A DNA stretch of 64,000 nucleotides from an uncultured Gammaproteobacteria bacterium (GTDB lineage Bacteria > Pseudomonadota > Gammaproteobacteria > Steroidobacterales > JBCCMA01). Both the position numbers and the translations under genes were made by a program. Location of the stretch: contig CAZXCL010000003.1 in assembly GCA_964639265.1 (NCBI GenBank), positions 733 to 64,732 on the forward strand. Direction: 5' to 3'. Positions 62,526-64,000 of this stretch are shown here, piece by piece; position 1 is the stretch's first letter, and each line of letters starts with the position of its first letter. Under the pieces are notes generated by a model that was given only the letters and a program-made list of their open reading frames with translations, had not been told where the DNA came from and did not search any database.

Positions 62526-63806
62526 CTAGTCTGATGTCCGGGCAAATTCCGGATAGGCCTCCAGGCCGCATTCGCCGATGTCCACGCCGTTGTACTCTTC
62601 TTCTTCTGAAACGCGGATGCCAATCGTCTGTTTGAGCGCGAACCAGACGATGCCGCTGGTGATAAACGTCCAGCCAAAGATGCTGACCATTCCCAGAAGC
62701 TGTGCGCCAAGCTTGGCGCCCTCATTGCTGAGAGTAACCGCGAGCAATCCCCAGATACCCACGACGCCGTGTACGGAAATGGCGCCAACCGGATCGTCGA
62801 TCTTGAGTTTGTCGAGCATCACGATGGAGGGCACGACGAGCAAACCGCCAATGATGCCGATCAGCGTTGCGAGCAACGGCGCGGGAGTCAGCGGCTCGGC
62901 CGTGATGGCGACGAGGCCCGCCAGCGCGCCGTTGAGCGCCATGGTCAGATCTGCTTTGCCAAACCACGCCCGTGCCAGAAGCAGAGCGGCAATTAGACCG
63001 CCGGCGGCGGCCATGTTGGTGTTCACGAACACCAGCGCCACTGCGTTGGCATCGCCCACGTTCGACACCTTGAGCTGCGAGCCACCGTTAAAGCCGAACC
63101 AGCCCAACCACAGAATCAGCGTGCCGAGCGCAGCCAGGGGCATATTGGCACCTGGAATCGCATTGACGCTGCCGTCCTTGCCGTACTTGCCTTTGCGCGG
63201 GCCCAGCAAAAGTACGCCTGCCAACGCGGCGGAGGCGCCGCACAGGTGCACGACACCGGAGCCAGCGAAATCGAGGAAGCCGGCGGATTCCAGAAAGCCC
63301 GCACCCCATTTCCAGAAGCCCTGCACCGGGTAGATGAAGCCGGTGAGCACAATGCTGAACAAAAGAAACGACCACAGCTTCATGCGCTCGGCCACAGCGC
63401 CGGAGACGATGGACATGGCCGTAGCAACAAACACAACCTGGAAGAAAAAGTCGGACAGGTTTGAATAGTAGGAGTCACCGGACACGACGTCGCCGACCGC
63501 ATTGTCAGAGGACGACAGGAAGCCGCTGCCGATGGTCTTGAGACTTTCGAAAATGCCGCCTTCGAATGCGCCGGGATACATGATGCCGTAGCCGGTCAGC
63601 ATGTACATGATGCAGGCGATCGAAAACAAGCCCACGTTCTTGGTCAGAATTTCCGCCGTATTCTTGGCGCGCACCAGCCCGGCTTCGAGCATTGTAAAGC
63701 CGGCGGCCATCCACATGACCAGCGCGCCCATGACGAGAAAGTAAAAAGTGTCCAGCGCGTAGGCCAGCTCGGCGACCCGAGTGCTGACTGTTGTTAACTC
63801 TTCCAC
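62526..63806 (-). CDS. amtB: Ammonium transporter (Amt family)
   Basis: FTMLEAGLVRAKN, DFAGSGVVHLCGASAALAG and ISVHGVVGIWG. It lies immediately downstream of glnK. Confidence 0.9.
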   Translation of the reverse strand: MEELTTVSTRVAELAYALDTFYFLVMGALVMWMAAGFTMLEAGLVRAKNTAEILTKNVGLFSIACIMYMLTGYGIMYPGAFEGGIFESLKTIGSGFLSSSDNAVGDVVSGDSYYSNLSDFFFQVVFVATAMSIVSGAVAERMKLWSFLLFSIVLTGFIYPVQGFWKWGAGFLESAGFLDFAGSGVVHLCGASAALAGVLLLGPRKGKYGKDGSVNAIPGANMPLAALGTLILWLGWFGFNGGSQLKVSNVGDANAVALVFVNTNMAAAGGLIAALLLARAWFGKADLTMALNGALAGLVAITAEPLTPAPLLATLIGIIGGLLVVPSIVMLDKLKIDDPVGAISVHGVVGIWGLLAVTLSNEGAKLGAQLLGMVSIFGWTFITSGIVWFALKQTIGIRVSEEEEYNGVDIGECGLEAYPEFARTSD

Positions 63807-63823
63807 GTAAAATGCTCCTGTTA

Positions 63824-64000
<177 letters not shown>

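Overview
This is a 64-kb GC-rich chromosomal segment. Its gene content suggests a marine or aquatic Gram-negative gammaproteobacterium, which is inference only because no search was possible. I call 55 protein-coding genes. Two are cut by the window edges, and one is a 39-codon gene too short for the ORF track. I found no rRNA, tRNA, CRISPR array, transposase or integrase. Layout: (i) 1-3.2 kb holds tandem tryptophan-halogenase-family paralogs plus a 2OG-oxygenase-like gene. (ii) 3.3-10.3 kb holds mixed genes: an exported VOC protein, an RluA-type pseudouridine synthase, a secreted triple-repeat protein, a P-loop kinase-like protein, and an NSS transporter with a coupled mini-ORF. (iii) One catabolic gene set is spread over three blocks (10.4-13.7, 21.0-27.6 and 37.7-46.6 kb). 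It includes three beta-less Rieske oxygenase alpha subunits, a Rieske ferredoxin, an acyl-CoA synthetase, an acyl-CoA dehydrogenase, SDRs, ABM monooxygenases, an HMGCS-like::DUF35 fusion with an SCP-x thiolase, and E1alpha/E1beta/E2. Each block is headed by the same 20-bp palindrome. (iv) Two accessory blocks split that set. The first (13.8-21.0 kb) is a tightly coupled four-gene operon: a PASTA/TSP3 transmembrane receptor with a cytoplasmic CHAT (caspase-like) module, a large second CHAT protein, an MBL-fold hydrolase and a patatin phospholipase. This is my top candidate for an undescribed sensor, protease-relay and effector system (defence or regulated suicide). The second (27.7-37.6 kb) holds a DUF4124/NERD-like membrane protein, dockerin-tagged and FG-GAP secreted proteins, and a membrane-tethered wHTH-STAND-TPR regulator. 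(v) 46.6-55.9 kb is a maltodextrin/starch locus (GH13, GH97, MFS, GH13 lipoprotein, LacI). (vi) 56-64 kb holds a BCCT transporter, a flavin reductase, an orphan antitoxin-like gene, an S8 protease, folD and amtB-glnK. All functional calls rest on motifs read by eye from the translations. No database or structure search was run.
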